Counted from the first letter of the stretch, positions 43,631 to 53,733 are shown. The stretch is DNA of 64,000 nucleotides from Chloroflexota bacterium (GCA_016865855.1 VGNX01000001.1:1060-65059); one strand, 5' to 3'. Numbers and translations are program-made. Notes: generated by a model from the sequence alone, not told the origin.

Positions 43631-46141
43631 CTAGGTGTCAAATAGTAGCTTCAAGGTGACTATCTCAAATGGATTAACTTCCATCCTCAGTTCCCCATTC
43701 TCAACTTTCAGCTCGGATTCCTCTTCCTCTAGTAGATTAACACATTTGGCTGCCTTAATCTGAACCGGCATTTGCAGCTGTGCTTGGCACGTCTGCCCCT
43801 TGGTTTCGAAGAACCTCAGAATTACAGCATCTTCTTTCTCCGCCTTCTTGAGAGCAGAGATGATTAAATTGTCTGGTTCAAGCGTAAAACTCCGTAGCTC
43901 TTTGTCCAAAGCCGTAGTGTCCATCTGAAAAGCCAGTAAATGATAGGTGAATTCATGGCCTCGCCTGTGAATCTCCGTTTCTTTCCAATCGCCGGAATGG
44001 GGATAAACTGCATAGATGTAAGTGTGTTCGCCTAGCTCCATGGCATAGGGGGTGGGTATTAGTGGCCCACTCGAACCATCGGTGGACAGGACAGAGACGC
44101 TTCTCAACAATGTGCAGTAGATTTCCCCGGCCTTTATCTCGTTTAGCGGTACCCCTCGGGTGAAAAATGCCAGACCACGCCTCCCCTCTTGACAATTGAC
44201 CCAGTTGACTGATGGAGCCTTAATGGAGTAGTCCAAGCTGGTCGGCAAGGGCAAGTCAATAACACCGAACTGAGTCTGACGGCAATAGGCAGGAATCACC
44301 ATGCAGGTGTCAAATTTTAACCGAATTCGTATGTGAGACTGCTGGGAGTTTATGGTCGTGATGAAATCAATTCGAGGTATGTCATTATAAACAATGACTT
44401 TCTTAAGAACGTCTATGGTTTTGTGTCGCTGCAATATCGAACCAAATTTCTTGGTAAGGTAGTAAGGCCATTGCAGGCAATAGAATGAGTCCTTGAAAGT
44501 AATAACTGTCCGTACCGGGCTTGTTTCTATTTTGCATTCATCCGGCTTAAAGGTACCGAAATGAATGCCTTCACCACTCTCTGAATGGATCAAGCCATCA
44601 AACTCGCTCCTATGAAAGTAGAGGTCACCGATTTCCTGGTCTATTACTAATTCGTTCCCTTCAAGAATCTTTCTGTCATCCATGTCGAACACCTCTAGAA
44701 CACCTGTCTTGTCATCTATCGCCAGTTTGAAGTATTTGTTTACCACCCCATTTCCCCGAACTTCTACATCGGACTGAAATTGCTTATTCTTTTTAACTAT
44801 CTGGTAGACACGGTACCCCAGTGATGGAACGGTTGCCACGAAGCAGAGCTTGGCCTTACATACACTTCCATCCTCCCTTCGCTGAACCTGAATCACTTCG
44901 CTGGCGATCTCTTCTCCATTAAGCGCTACACCCAATTCCTCATTCCAACCCTCGCCAAGCTGCACTTCGGTCTCTACCCAATCTGTAACCTCCCAATTAT
45001 TCGGATTGAGAACAACAATACCATTTCCAGGGCCACTGTCCTTTAAGAAATGCTCTGCAGCATCCTTTAACAGAACCTTTGCCATCTTGTTCATATCGGC
45101 GATATAGTCCCAGGCCTCCTCATAGATTTCATCAATGCCACAGCTTGGTAAGACATCATGGTTAGCCAAAAAGAGCATCTTTCTCCACATTTCTGTCATC
45201 GCATCTGATGGATACTGCATGCCAAAAATCCAGGCTACCGTAGATATTTTTTCCGAGGTAAGCAGTAAGTTTTCACAATTCTTGATGGCCAATTTAAGTC
45301 CTATCCGGCTGGAAACCACATCAGGAAAAATATTCTGCAAATCTGAACTATATAGCTCACCGTGAAACGTCGCAAACTCGTCACCATCCTCTTCCAAGTT
45401 CTTGAAGAAGTCACTCGGTGTTGAGATTATCATCCTCGAATCATCGTGTTCCCTGTTCCATTGGGCTACCTTATCTGGAGTCTCCTCCTGAGGCGGGACA
45501 CCGCCACTCCCGCACGGCATAAGCATATGGGAGGTTATGGCAAAAGCTGATAACTTCTCGTAGGCCTCATCCCACTTATCGAGGTCCAGCCCAGCACGGT
45601 ACCCCAGAGGCATCCAGTGGCTGAGGATTTGCGAACCATCGAGCCCCTCCCACATGAACTCGCTCACTCGGTAACCAATGGTTTCTGGTAATCCACGCCG
45701 GAAGGCAAGCCACTTATATCCAGACTTCTTGTAGACCTGCGGCATCTGAGCATTAAGACCAAAGCCATCAGCCGCCCAAGCTACTGGCACATCTATACCG
45801 AATTTCTCTTTGCAATATCTTTTCCCGAATAGTATCTCCCGGACGAGCACTTCTGCAGCCGGTATCATTAGGTCAGGCATAATGTATTGACCATCGGCTA
45901 TTTCGATTTTCCCCACGGCGATAGCTTTTTTGATGCCGGCAAAAAGCTTGGGATTCCTTTCCTCAATCATCTCCAAAAGGTAAGTTTGCTCTATCAGAAA
46001 CTTGAAATCTGACTCTTTTATCATCTTAACCGCATTCGTCAAAATCATCTCATTGATAAAGTAATAGTCTTCTTTGGTAAAAGCCCAAACGACGTCGTAG
46101 TGAGAATGCGGTACCAGGTAAATTGTTTTCATCTCGTTCAT
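43631..46141 (-). CDS. GH38-family alpha-mannosidase-like glycoside hydrolase
   Basis: About 836 aa. The N-terminus IYLVPHSHYDVVW (HxHxD-type GH38 start) and the overall length fit bacterial/archaeal GH38. The start is uncertain (46141 or 46132). Confidence 0.65.
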   Translation of the reverse strand: MNEMKTIYLVPHSHYDVVWAFTKEDYYFINEMILTNAVKMIKESDFKFLIEQTYLLEMIEERNPKLFAGIKKAIAVGKIEIADGQYIMPDLMIPAAEVLVREILFGKRYCKEKFGIDVPVAWAADGFGLNAQMPQVYKKSGYKWLAFRRGLPETIGYRVSEFMWEGLDGSQILSHWMPLGYRAGLDLDKWDEAYEKLSAFAITSHMLMPCGSGGVPPQEETPDKVAQWNREHDDSRMIISTPSDFFKNLEEDGDEFATFHGELYSSDLQNIFPDVVSSRIGLKLAIKNCENLLLTSEKISTVAWIFGMQYPSDAMTEMWRKMLFLANHDVLPSCGIDEIYEEAWDYIADMNKMAKVLLKDAAEHFLKDSGPGNGIVVLNPNNWEVTDWVETEVQLGEGWNEELGVALNGEEIASEVIQVQRREDGSVCKAKLCFVATVPSLGYRVYQIVKKNKQFQSDVEVRGNGVVNKYFKLAIDDKTGVLEVFDMDDRKILEGNELVIDQEIGDLYFHRSEFDGLIHSESGEGIHFGTFKPDECKIETSPVRTVITFKDSFYCLQWPYYLTKKFGSILQRHKTIDVLKKVIVYNDIPRIDFITTINSQQSHIRIRLKFDTCMVIPAYCRQTQFGVIDLPLPTSLDYSIKAPSVNWVNCQEGRRGLAFFTRGVPLNEIKAGEIYCTLLRSVSVLSTDGSSGPLIPTPYAMELGEHTYIYAVYPHSGDWKETEIHRRGHEFTYHLLAFQMDTTALDKELRSFTLEPDNLIISALKKAEKEDAVILRFFETKGQTCQAQLQMPVQIKAAKCVNLLEEEESELKVENGELRMEVNPFEIVTLKLLFDT

Positions 46142-46344
46142 GGCTTCTATTTTAGCACACGCCCCATTTAGATTCATTTTTCGTAATATGCTTAACAGCT
46201 GCTAGTCCTTTTCGAGACGCTACCTGAAAGTTAAATCTAACCACAGTCCAATATTAAATTCATCATCTGTCTGAGCGAACTCAATTTATCAACTGGCAAA
46301 CTGTATCACTTTTTGTTACAATCCAGACAAGAAGGAGAGTGCCT

Positions 46345-47289
46345 ATGGACTGGAATCCCATCATAAACTGGCTCTTAGAACACGGCCCACGTATCCTGTT
46401 CATCATCGCTATATCGGTGGCTGTCTATTACCTTCTGCGTCATTTTGTACCCATCGTGGTAAAGAGAACCGTCACGGGCACCATGGTGGGCAAGCCAAAA
46501 TCGGCTATTAAGAAAAGAACTGATACTCTAAGCAACGTATTCATCCAGACCGGGATGGTTTTTGTCGGCGTAGTGGCGATTTTTACAATCGTCGCAGAGC
46601 TGGGAATAAATATCGCTCCAGCGTTGGCTGGACTTGGCATCGCTGGTATCGCCGTCGGCTTCGGTGCCCAGAGCCTGGTCAAAGATATATTCAACGGCGT
46701 TCTCATACTGCTGGAAAACCAGTACGGCATAGGCGACGTTGTCAAAATCGCTGGAATTGCCGGGTTAGTCGAGGACGTAACCATGCGAAGAACAGTCCTC
46801 AGAGACCTGGACGGCATAGTCCACAGTATTCCCAACAGCGAGATTGGGGTTGCCAGCAACTACACTAAAGAATGGGCGCGGGTGAATATGAATATCTCGG
46901 TGGGCTACGGCGAGAACCTCGACCATGTTATTGAGGTCATCAACAGGGTAGGTAAAGAGCTGGCGGAAGACCCTGACTGGGCACCGCGGATTCTCAAGGC
47001 GCCACAAGTGCTTAGAGTCGATGATTTCGGAGACTCGGGAATTGCCCTTAAGATACTTGGTGAAACTGGACCACTGGCCCAGTGGGATGTAATGGGAGAA
47101 CTGCGCCTGAGATTAAAGAAAGTCTTCGATGAGGAAGGCATCGAAATCCCCTGGCCGCATATTAAAGTCTTCTTCGGTCATGTTCCTGAAATAGGTATCA
47201 AGGGGTCTATTGAGCAAGAATTGCCACTGACAACGCCTGCTCAACAACCAAGCAAGAGAAAGAGACGCAGAAAACTCCCGCCAGACTAA
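46345..47289 (+). CDS. small-conductance mechanosensitive channel (MscS family)
   Basis: Three TM helices, then GIGDVVKIAGIAGLVEDVTMRRTVLRDLDG. AGGAGA lies 6 nt before ATG 46345; the track start is GTG 46339. Confidence 0.85.
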   Translation: MDWNPIINWLLEHGPRILFIIAISVAVYYLLRHFVPIVVKRTVTGTMVGKPKSAIKKRTDTLSNVFIQTGMVFVGVVAIFTIVAELGINIAPALAGLGIAGIAVGFGAQSLVKDIFNGVLILLENQYGIGDVVKIAGIAGLVEDVTMRRTVLRDLDGIVHSIPNSEIGVASNYTKEWARVNMNISVGYGENLDHVIEVINRVGKELAEDPDWAPRILKAPQVLRVDDFGDSGIALKILGETGPLAQWDVMGELRLRLKKVFDEEGIEIPWPHIKVFFGHVPEIGIKGSIEQELPLTTPAQQPSKRKRRRKLPPD

Positions 47290-47310
47290 AGTAGAAGCTT
47301 AAAGAGTATC

Positions 47311-48321
47311 TCAACCCTGCCCTAGCTCGACAACCAGAAGGTCAAGGGCGAGGTCACCATCATATTTCCCCGTCTTGATAGCAACATCAGCTTCCAGAAG
47401 CTTATGATAAGTCTTCTTTACCCGTTCTAAAGTATATGCCTTGGATTGCCTTACTGCTTTCTCCAAACCATAGTCTGAAGCCGGCTCCAACCTACCCCGA
47501 ATTTCCGGCCGAAACAATCCTTGGCCAAGCTCTTTAGCCATGACTATCAGACGAAGTTGTCGGGTAATCATAGCCAGAACATAAGAAGGAGATGCCCCCT
47601 CCTGAATTAACCGATGGAGCATCTGCTGAGCCACCTTCATTCGCCCTTCAAGGATTGCATCCACCAGAGCAAAGATATTAGCCTCTCTGGCATAACTTGT
47701 TACCTGCTTGACACTGTCCTCAGTGATAACCTGCCCTGCACAATAGGCAAGAAGCTTATCTATTTCGCCGCTCATAGCCCACAAATCTGCACCAACCAGC
47801 CCAACCAGCAGCTTGACTGCTACTGGAGATATGTCACCACCGCCTTGCTTTACCCGGTCTTGTATCCAGCTGCTTAGCTCTTTATCTTTTAGTGGGCGAA
47901 AGGTCATGACTTTGGCCAGCGCCGCCAGAGACTTCAATAGACGATTATTAGCCTTTATTTCACCATCAACTAGAACCAACGCAGTGGTCGGTGACATCTG
48001 CTTAACACAGTCAGCCAGACCCATCCATTCTTCCAGCCCTGAATTGAGTTTTGCTCGAGAGCGGGTCACCCTCCGTTCTAGCCCAGATCTCTGTTCGAAG
48101 CGTCCCAGCAAGCCTTTAACAATGACTAGCCTATTTGGGCACAAGAATGGGATGGCACTACAAGCATCTCTGAGTTGGATTAAGCTTAGCTGCTGGCCAT
48201 CTAATATGCTGGTATTAACCTCCAGCATCTCTCGGTTACCCAACTCATTTTTTATCTCCTCCAGCGCCTGCTGGAGAGAGAAATCGTCTTTTCCGTAGAG
48301 TATATAGAACAAGGCTTGCAC
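47311..48321 (-). CDS. holA: DNA polymerase III delta subunit
   Basis: 336 aa with a delta-subunit-like N-terminus (YILYGKDDFSLQQALEEIK) and domain organisation. Confidence 0.75.
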   Translation of the reverse strand: MQALFYILYGKDDFSLQQALEEIKNELGNREMLEVNTSILDGQQLSLIQLRDACSAIPFLCPNRLVIVKGLLGRFEQRSGLERRVTRSRAKLNSGLEEWMGLADCVKQMSPTTALVLVDGEIKANNRLLKSLAALAKVMTFRPLKDKELSSWIQDRVKQGGGDISPVAVKLLVGLVGADLWAMSGEIDKLLAYCAGQVITEDSVKQVTSYAREANIFALVDAILEGRMKVAQQMLHRLIQEGASPSYVLAMITRQLRLIVMAKELGQGLFRPEIRGRLEPASDYGLEKAVRQSKAYTLERVKKTYHKLLEADVAIKTGKYDGDLALDLLVVELGQG

Positions 48322-48402
48322 CCCCTACATTGTATCATAGGGTGCTTGAGTGCCGCCTTGAGCAACGATTGTGTATCATCTATTCAGGCTTTTCTTTTGA
48401 AC

Positions 48403-48554
48403 AGGCTGTCCGAAAATGTAGTCCCGACCCTTTAGGGTCGGGTTCCCGAGGCTAAAGCCTCGGGTCTACATGTTTAATGTGTATCACCAATGTAGCTATA
48501 ACTTCTCCCACAAAGTGGAGAGAAAAATTGTCACATAGAGTTTTCGGACAGTCT
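48403..48554 (+). mobile_element. MITE-like element, copy B (subfamily B/D)
   Basis: TIRs are AGGCTGTCCGAAAA ... TTTTCGGACAGTCT. The flanking hexamers are TTGAAC and CTGAAC (5/6 match). Confidence 0.8.
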
Positions 48555-48596
48555 CTGAACAACTGTTATCATTAGCAGGGCGGTTTTTTCTGGAGC

Positions 48597-48651
48597 TGTA
48601 GCCACGAGGCTTTAGCCTCGCTAGAGCGACCCTTCAGGGTCACAACTACAT
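48597..48651. repeat. REP-like compound palindrome
   Basis: tgtagccacgaggctttagcctcgctagagcgacccttcagggtcacaactacat. Confidence 0.75.
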
Positions 48652-48691
48652 TGAAAATGGATTGTTCATAAACACTCTCCAAAAACTCCTC

Positions 48692-48720
48692 TTGATTTTA
48701 CCCTCCACACTAGATATACT
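48692..48720 (+). promoter_or_regulatory. sigma70-like promoter candidate
   Basis: TTGATT (48692..48697), N17, TATACT (48715..48720), 55 nt upstream of ATG 48776. Confidence 0.35.
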
Positions 48721-48775
48721 CAATTAAACTGGCGGAGGCCGGGAAGATTACATCCAAGTATTCAAGGAGGCAGAG

Positions 48776-49036
48776 ATGAGTTATTCTTTTGATGAAAAAA
48801 CTGGTATCGAGGATGGGAGAGAGCTTGACTTGGAGATGCTTCGTGAAGATTTGATAGCCGAATTGCAGGCCATAAACCAGTACCAGGAGCATATCGAGGC
48901 CTTAGAAGATGAGGAGGCTATAAGGGCTCTGGAACATATACGAGATGATGAAAAGGAACATGTCGCCGAACTGGTTAAATTGATTCAAATGCTTGACCCA
49001 GTTCAGGCAGAAAAATTCACCAAAGGGATCCTGTGA
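48776..49036 (+). CDS. small ferritin-like protein resembling encapsulated ferritin (EncFtn)
   Basis: 86 aa. LIAELQAINQYQEHIEALEDEEAIRALEHIRDDEKEHVAELVKLIQMLDP parallels the EncFtn core as I recall it (E..A..WY......D.........H.RDEEKEH). AGGAGG lies before the ATG. Confidence 0.5.
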   Translation: MSYSFDEKTGIEDGRELDLEMLREDLIAELQAINQYQEHIEALEDEEAIRALEHIRDDEKEHVAELVKLIQMLDPVQAEKFTKGIL

Positions 49037-49072
49037 TCAGAACAGCGTATACATAATAGGGAGAAGATCGGT

Positions 49073-50338
49073 TTGAAAGTAATGGTTATTGGTAGTGGGG
49101 CTCGGGAGCACGCACTTGCCTGGAAAATCGCCCAAAGCCCCAATGTCACCGAACTCTATGTAGCCCCAGGCAACGTTGGCACAGCGGCCATCGCCCGCAA
49201 CTTGAACATCCGCCCCAATGATATAGAGGCTTTAGCCAAAGCTGCCCAAGACATCGGTATTGACCTCACTGTTGTTGGCCCAGAAGCACCCCTAGCTTCA
49301 GGCATTGTAGACCACTTCGAGCATCTCGGGATACCTATTTTCGGGCCAACAAAAGCCGCTACCCGGATAGAATCAAGCAAAGTCTTTGCCAAAAAACTAA
49401 TGCAAAAATATGCTATCCCCTGCCCCAAAGGTGTCACTTTCTCCAATTACGCCGAAGGTAAGAAATATCTTGAGTCTCAGCCAGTACCGATCGTGGTTAA
49501 GGCTGATGGGCTGGCAGCCGGGAAGGGAGTAATAGTAGCTGGTTCGAGAGGAGAAGCTTTAAAAGCTCTGTCAGATATCTTGGAAGCTAAGATTTTTGGT
49601 TCGGCTGGTGACAGTGTAGTGATCGAGGAATGCCTCACCGGCAGAGAGGTAAGCCTCCTGGCTTTCACCGATGGCAAAACGGTCGTTCCTATGGTTCCAG
49701 CTTGCGATTACAAGAGGATATTTGATAATGACCAGGGCCCTAACACCGGTGGCATGGGCAGCTATAGCCCACCTGGATTTTTCGACGCTAAACTGACTCA
49801 GCGGGTAATGGAGACAATCCTAAAACCGGCGGTAAGAGCAATGGCCAACGAAGGAATACCTTACAAAGGGGTGCTTTATGCCGGACTGATGATAGCGTCT
49901 GATAGGCCAAAAGTGTTAGAATTTAACGCCAGATTCGGTGACCCGGAGACTCAGGCGATTTTACCTCGTCTGCAGACTGATTTAGTAGACATTCTTCTCG
50001 CCGTAATAGATAATAGGCTCGGTGAAGCAACCATAAAATGGACTGATGATGCCTGCGTTGGGGTGGTAATGGCATCAGCCGGATATCCGGGAAACTACAA
50101 GACAGGCTTCCCCATAACGGGGCTGAACAACTTGGACAAGGATATCCTGGTCTTTCATGCCGGGACTAAGCTTGGCGATAATTCACAGGTATATACTGAT
50201 GGAGGACGAGTGCTCACAGTAACAACTACTGGCAAAAACATGGCTGAAGCCAGAGCTAAAGTCTACCAAAATCTGCCTCATATCCACTTCGATGGCTGCC
50301 ATTACCGCAAGGACATTGCAGCCAGGGAGGTCAACTAA
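49073..50338 (+). CDS. purD: phosphoribosylamine--glycine ligase
   Basis: MKVMVIGSGAREHALAWKIAQSP..., ATP-grasp core, 421 aa. TTG start as given by the track; ATG 49082 is the alternative. Confidence 0.9.
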   Translation: MKVMVIGSGAREHALAWKIAQSPNVTELYVAPGNVGTAAIARNLNIRPNDIEALAKAAQDIGIDLTVVGPEAPLASGIVDHFEHLGIPIFGPTKAATRIESSKVFAKKLMQKYAIPCPKGVTFSNYAEGKKYLESQPVPIVVKADGLAAGKGVIVAGSRGEALKALSDILEAKIFGSAGDSVVIEECLTGREVSLLAFTDGKTVVPMVPACDYKRIFDNDQGPNTGGMGSYSPPGFFDAKLTQRVMETILKPAVRAMANEGIPYKGVLYAGLMIASDRPKVLEFNARFGDPETQAILPRLQTDLVDILLAVIDNRLGEATIKWTDDACVGVVMASAGYPGNYKTGFPITGLNNLDKDILVFHAGTKLGDNSQVYTDGGRVLTVTTTGKNMAEARAKVYQNLPHIHFDGCHYRKDIAAREVN

Positions 50339-50340
50339 AA

Positions 50341-50799
50341 ATGCCTTTAGTCGGCGTAGTCATAGGCAGCAAAACCGACGAGCCATCAATACAGCCAGCC
50401 TTAGATATGCTACAGCAACTAAATATCAAATATGAATTCTCAGTCCTGTCAGCACACAGAAACCCTGAGAAGGTTCGCGAATACGGTTCTAAAGCCAGAG
50501 AACATGGAATAGAAGTCATTATTGCCGCTGCCGGTGCCGCCGCTCATCTCCCCGGAGTTTTAGCTAGCTGGACGACACTGCCGGTCATCGGCGTGCCGCT
50601 ACCTACCAGCGAATTCAAAGGTGTGGATTCGCTTTACTCTATTGTCCAGATGCCAGCCGGAGTGCCTGTGGCATGCGTTGGCATCGGCACTTCTGGCGCC
50701 AAAAACGCCGCTCTGCTGGCCGCCCAAATCCTCGGCGTAAAATACGAAGAGATAAGAGACGCCTATGAGAAATACAAAAGGAAACTGGCTGAAACATAA
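50341..50799 (+). CDS. purE: 5-(carboxyamino)imidazole ribonucleotide mutase
   Basis: VGVVIGSKTDEP, SAHRNPEKV, AGAAAHLPGV. Confidence 0.9.
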   Translation: MPLVGVVIGSKTDEPSIQPALDMLQQLNIKYEFSVLSAHRNPEKVREYGSKAREHGIEVIIAAAGAAAHLPGVLASWTTLPVIGVPLPTSEFKGVDSLYSIVQMPAGVPVACVGIGTSGAKNAALLAAQILGVKYEEIRDAYEKYKRKLAET

Positions 50800-50805
50800 T
50801 GACTT

Positions 50806-51092
50806 TTCCTGCCATTCTGAGCCCTTCGCTTTTTGTCATTCTGAGCGAAGCGAAGAATCTCGAAAACATGTAGGGACAGGTCTTCAGACCTGTCCGATAT
50901 GGGTTAGGGACAGACCTGAAGGTTTGTCCCTACATTGGTTTGGCTGGGAATAAATCAAAACATGTAGCCACGGGGCTTTAGCCCCGTGAACCCGACCCTA
51001 AAGGGTCGGGGCTACATTGGTGTGGTAAATTACCGACCTTAAAGGGTCAGGGCTGAGCTGTCTTTGTCATTCTGAGCGAGGCGAAGAATCTC
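50806..51092. repeat. composite repeat block
   Basis: Contains units of the GTCATTCTGAG...GAAGAATCTC type at 50806..50862 and 51065..51092. A variant palindrome lies at 50868..50935 (atgtagggacaggtcttcagacctgtcc...gggacagacctgaaggtttgtccctacat). A REP-like palindrome lies at 50962..51017, with a partial copy at 51033..51054. Confidence 0.8.
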
Positions 51093-51138
51093 AAGCCCTC
51101 ACCTAGGGGTGGCAAAATAGACAGTACCGGAGAGAAAC

Positions 51139-52485
51139 ATGATTGAGCGCTATTCTCGGCCACAAATGAAAAAGGTATGGTCTGAAGAAAGCAAGTTCGA
51201 TAAATGGCTTCAGGTAGAGATAGCTGTCTGTGAAGCCTGGGCTGAGCTAGGCGCTATACCTAAAGAAGCCATCCCCAAAATAAATGTGGCTAACTACAAC
51301 CTGGAGCGCATTGCTGAAATACTCAAAGTGACCCACCATGATATGACTGCTTTCCTCCAAGCCGTAAGCGAAAGCCTTGGTGAAGAATCTCGCTTTATCC
51401 ACCTCGGCCTCACTTCCTCCGATGTCATGGATACTGCACTCAGCCTCCAACTAAAAGAGGCTTCAAAACTCTTGGCCCAAGACGTTACTGAGCTTACCAC
51501 AGTTCTGGAAGACAAAGCTATTGAGCATAAGCACACCATAATGATAGGGCGGACTCACGGCGTTCATGCTGAGCCCATTACCTTCGGCCTCAAACTAGCT
51601 ATATGGGCACAGGAGATGAAACGCAATGCCGCCCGCCTAGCCGAAGCTGAAAAAGCTATCAGCGTTGGCAAAATCTCTGGAGCTGTAGGCACTTACGCTA
51701 CTGTGCCGCCAGAAGTCGAAGAGAAAGCTTGCGCTAAACTTGGGCTTGCTCCAGCACCGATATCAAGTCAGATAATCCAGCGCGACCGCCACGCTCAGTT
51801 TGTCACTACTCTAGCCATCATCGCCAGTTCACTAGAGAAGTTTGCCACTGAAATCAGAAGCCTCCAGCGAACTGAAGTTCTGGAAGCCGAAGAGCCATTC
51901 GCAGCCGGGCAAACCGGCTCCTCGGCTATGCCGCATAAGCGCAATCCAGAGCTCTGCGAGCGCGTCTGCGGACTGGCACGGCTGGTAAGAGGACATGCCT
52001 TAACTTCTATGGAAAATGTCGCTCTGTGGCATGAGAGGGACATCAGCCATTCTTCCAACGAACGCATCATTCTCCCTGATTCCTGCCTAGTCTTGGACTA
52101 CATCCTGAACATCTTCACTTCAGTGATTAAAGGACTTCAGGTCTATCCCGAGAACATGCGCCGAAATCTTGAGCTTACTCAAGGCCTAGTTTTCTCCCAA
52201 CGAGTACTCATAGCACTAATAGATAAAGGCTTAAGTCGGCAAAAAGCTTACGAATTAGTCCAGCACAATGCCATGAAAGCGTGGAAACAGAGAACCAGCT
52301 TCTTAGAGCTGCTCAAAGCTGACCCTGAGGTAAAGGCTCATCTATCAGAGAAGGAACTCGAATCCCTTTTCGACTATAACTACTTCATCAGGCATGTTGA
52401 CAAGGTCTTTCGCAGGCTAGGTTTAACCGAGAAAAAGAGGGCTAAAGCGGTTAAAGCAGCGGAACTGGCACCGCAAGCATTCTGA
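51139..52485 (+). CDS. purB: adenylosuccinate lyase
   Basis: MIERYSRPQMKKVWSEESKF..., fumarate-lyase signature GSSAMPHKRNP. Confidence 0.92.
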   Translation: MIERYSRPQMKKVWSEESKFDKWLQVEIAVCEAWAELGAIPKEAIPKINVANYNLERIAEILKVTHHDMTAFLQAVSESLGEESRFIHLGLTSSDVMDTALSLQLKEASKLLAQDVTELTTVLEDKAIEHKHTIMIGRTHGVHAEPITFGLKLAIWAQEMKRNAARLAEAEKAISVGKISGAVGTYATVPPEVEEKACAKLGLAPAPISSQIIQRDRHAQFVTTLAIIASSLEKFATEIRSLQRTEVLEAEEPFAAGQTGSSAMPHKRNPELCERVCGLARLVRGHALTSMENVALWHERDISHSSNERIILPDSCLVLDYILNIFTSVIKGLQVYPENMRRNLELTQGLVFSQRVLIALIDKGLSRQKAYELVQHNAMKAWKQRTSFLELLKADPEVKAHLSEKELESLFDYNYFIRHVDKVFRRLGLTEKKRAKAVKAAELAPQAF

Positions 52486-52499
52486 GCTTCGTTAACATT

Positions 52500-53399
52500 A
52501 TGTCAATAATTTTATCAGAGGCCAACTTACCCCTTCCTCTATTCTGTCGGGGAAAAGTACGGGACACTTACGACTTGGGCGATAAGTTGCTTATTATTTC
52601 TACCGACCGTCTCTCCGCATTCGATGTTGTCCTGCCATGCCCTATTCCAGATAAAGGTCTGGTTCTCAACCAGCTCTCATGCTTCTGGTTTAAAAAGACG
52701 AGCCACGTTATGCCCAACCATTTGGTAGTATCTGTTGACACAGCGGATTCGCTTAAGCGCTATTTTCCGCCAGGAATCACTCCGCCAGACTATCTCCTTG
52801 GTCGGTCAATGATTACTCTCAAAGCTGAGCGCGTCCCCGTTGAGTGCGTGGTTCGGGGCTATCTTTCAGGTTCAGCCTGGGCGGAATACAAGGAAACTGG
52901 CACCATCTCAGGTATATCCCTACCCAAGGGGCTGGAAGAGAGCCAGGAATTACCTCAACCCTTGTTTACTCCAACTACCAAAGCCGATAGTGGACACGAC
53001 CTGCCCCTCGATAAAAAAGAGCTGGAAAATCTGGTGGGAAAAACTTTAGCTCGTGATTTGGAGGAAAAGAGCCTTGCCGTTTACCAATACGCCCGAGACT
53101 ATGCTCGGGGACGAGGTGTTATCATCGCCGATACCAAGTTCGAGTTCGGCTTTGTTGATGGCAAGCTTATCCTTATTGACGAATTGCTGACGCCGGACTC
53201 AAGCCGCTTCTGGGATGCCGCCCAATATGTTGTCGGACGTTCACAACCCAGCTTCGACAAGCAGCCAGTTCGCGATTGGCTGGTAGCCTCAGGCTGGAAC
53301 AAAGAGCCCCCAGCACCAATGCTGCCACCCGAAGTAATCGAGGCTACAACTCGCCGGTACCGCGAGGCTTATCACCGTCTGACTGGAAAGACACTGTAG
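52500..53399 (+). CDS. purC: phosphoribosylaminoimidazole-succinocarboxamide synthase
   Basis: GKVRDTYDLGDKLLIISTDRLSAFD, ADTKFEFG. Confidence 0.92.
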   Translation: MSIILSEANLPLPLFCRGKVRDTYDLGDKLLIISTDRLSAFDVVLPCPIPDKGLVLNQLSCFWFKKTSHVMPNHLVVSVDTADSLKRYFPPGITPPDYLLGRSMITLKAERVPVECVVRGYLSGSAWAEYKETGTISGISLPKGLEESQELPQPLFTPTTKADSGHDLPLDKKELENLVGKTLARDLEEKSLAVYQYARDYARGRGVIIADTKFEFGFVDGKLILIDELLTPDSSRFWDAAQYVVGRSQPSFDKQPVRDWLVASGWNKEPPAPMLPPEVIEATTRRYREAYHRLTGKTL

Positions 53400-53400
53400 A

Positions 53401-53649
53401 ATGTACCTAGCTAAGGTCTATATCACGCTCAAGCCAACGGTAAATGACCCGCAAGGCCTGACCATAAAAGGGGCACTGCACAATCTCGGCTTTGCCTCAG
53501 TAGAGGATGTCCGTGCCGGCAAGTATATCGAAGTCCGAATTGATGGAAACGACATCGGCGAAGCCCGCAAACAGGTTGATGAGATGTGCCGCAAGCTATT
53601 AGCTAACCCGGTCATCGAAAAATACAGCTTCGACCTGGAGAAGGTTTAG
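53401..53649 (+). CDS. purS: phosphoribosylformylglycinamidine synthase subunit PurS
   Basis: 82 aa. VYITLKPTVNDPQGLTIKGALHNLGF is the PurS pattern. It sits directly after purC. Confidence 0.85.
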   Translation: MYLAKVYITLKPTVNDPQGLTIKGALHNLGFASVEDVRAGKYIEVRIDGNDIGEARKQVDEMCRKLLANPVIEKYSFDLEKV

Positions 53650-53733
53650 CCTATCCTTCGTCGTTTACCCCTGGGCCTCTGGCCCCATGCTATCGCTGAA
53701 ACTCTGAACCATCTCCTTCATTTGTGCTCCACT

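Noticed and set aside
53655-53690. Rho-independent terminator between the convergent purS and surface-protein genes
   Set aside because: There is only a 5-bp GGGCC/GGCCC stem with a 3-nt loop and no flanking T-tract, which is too weak to call.
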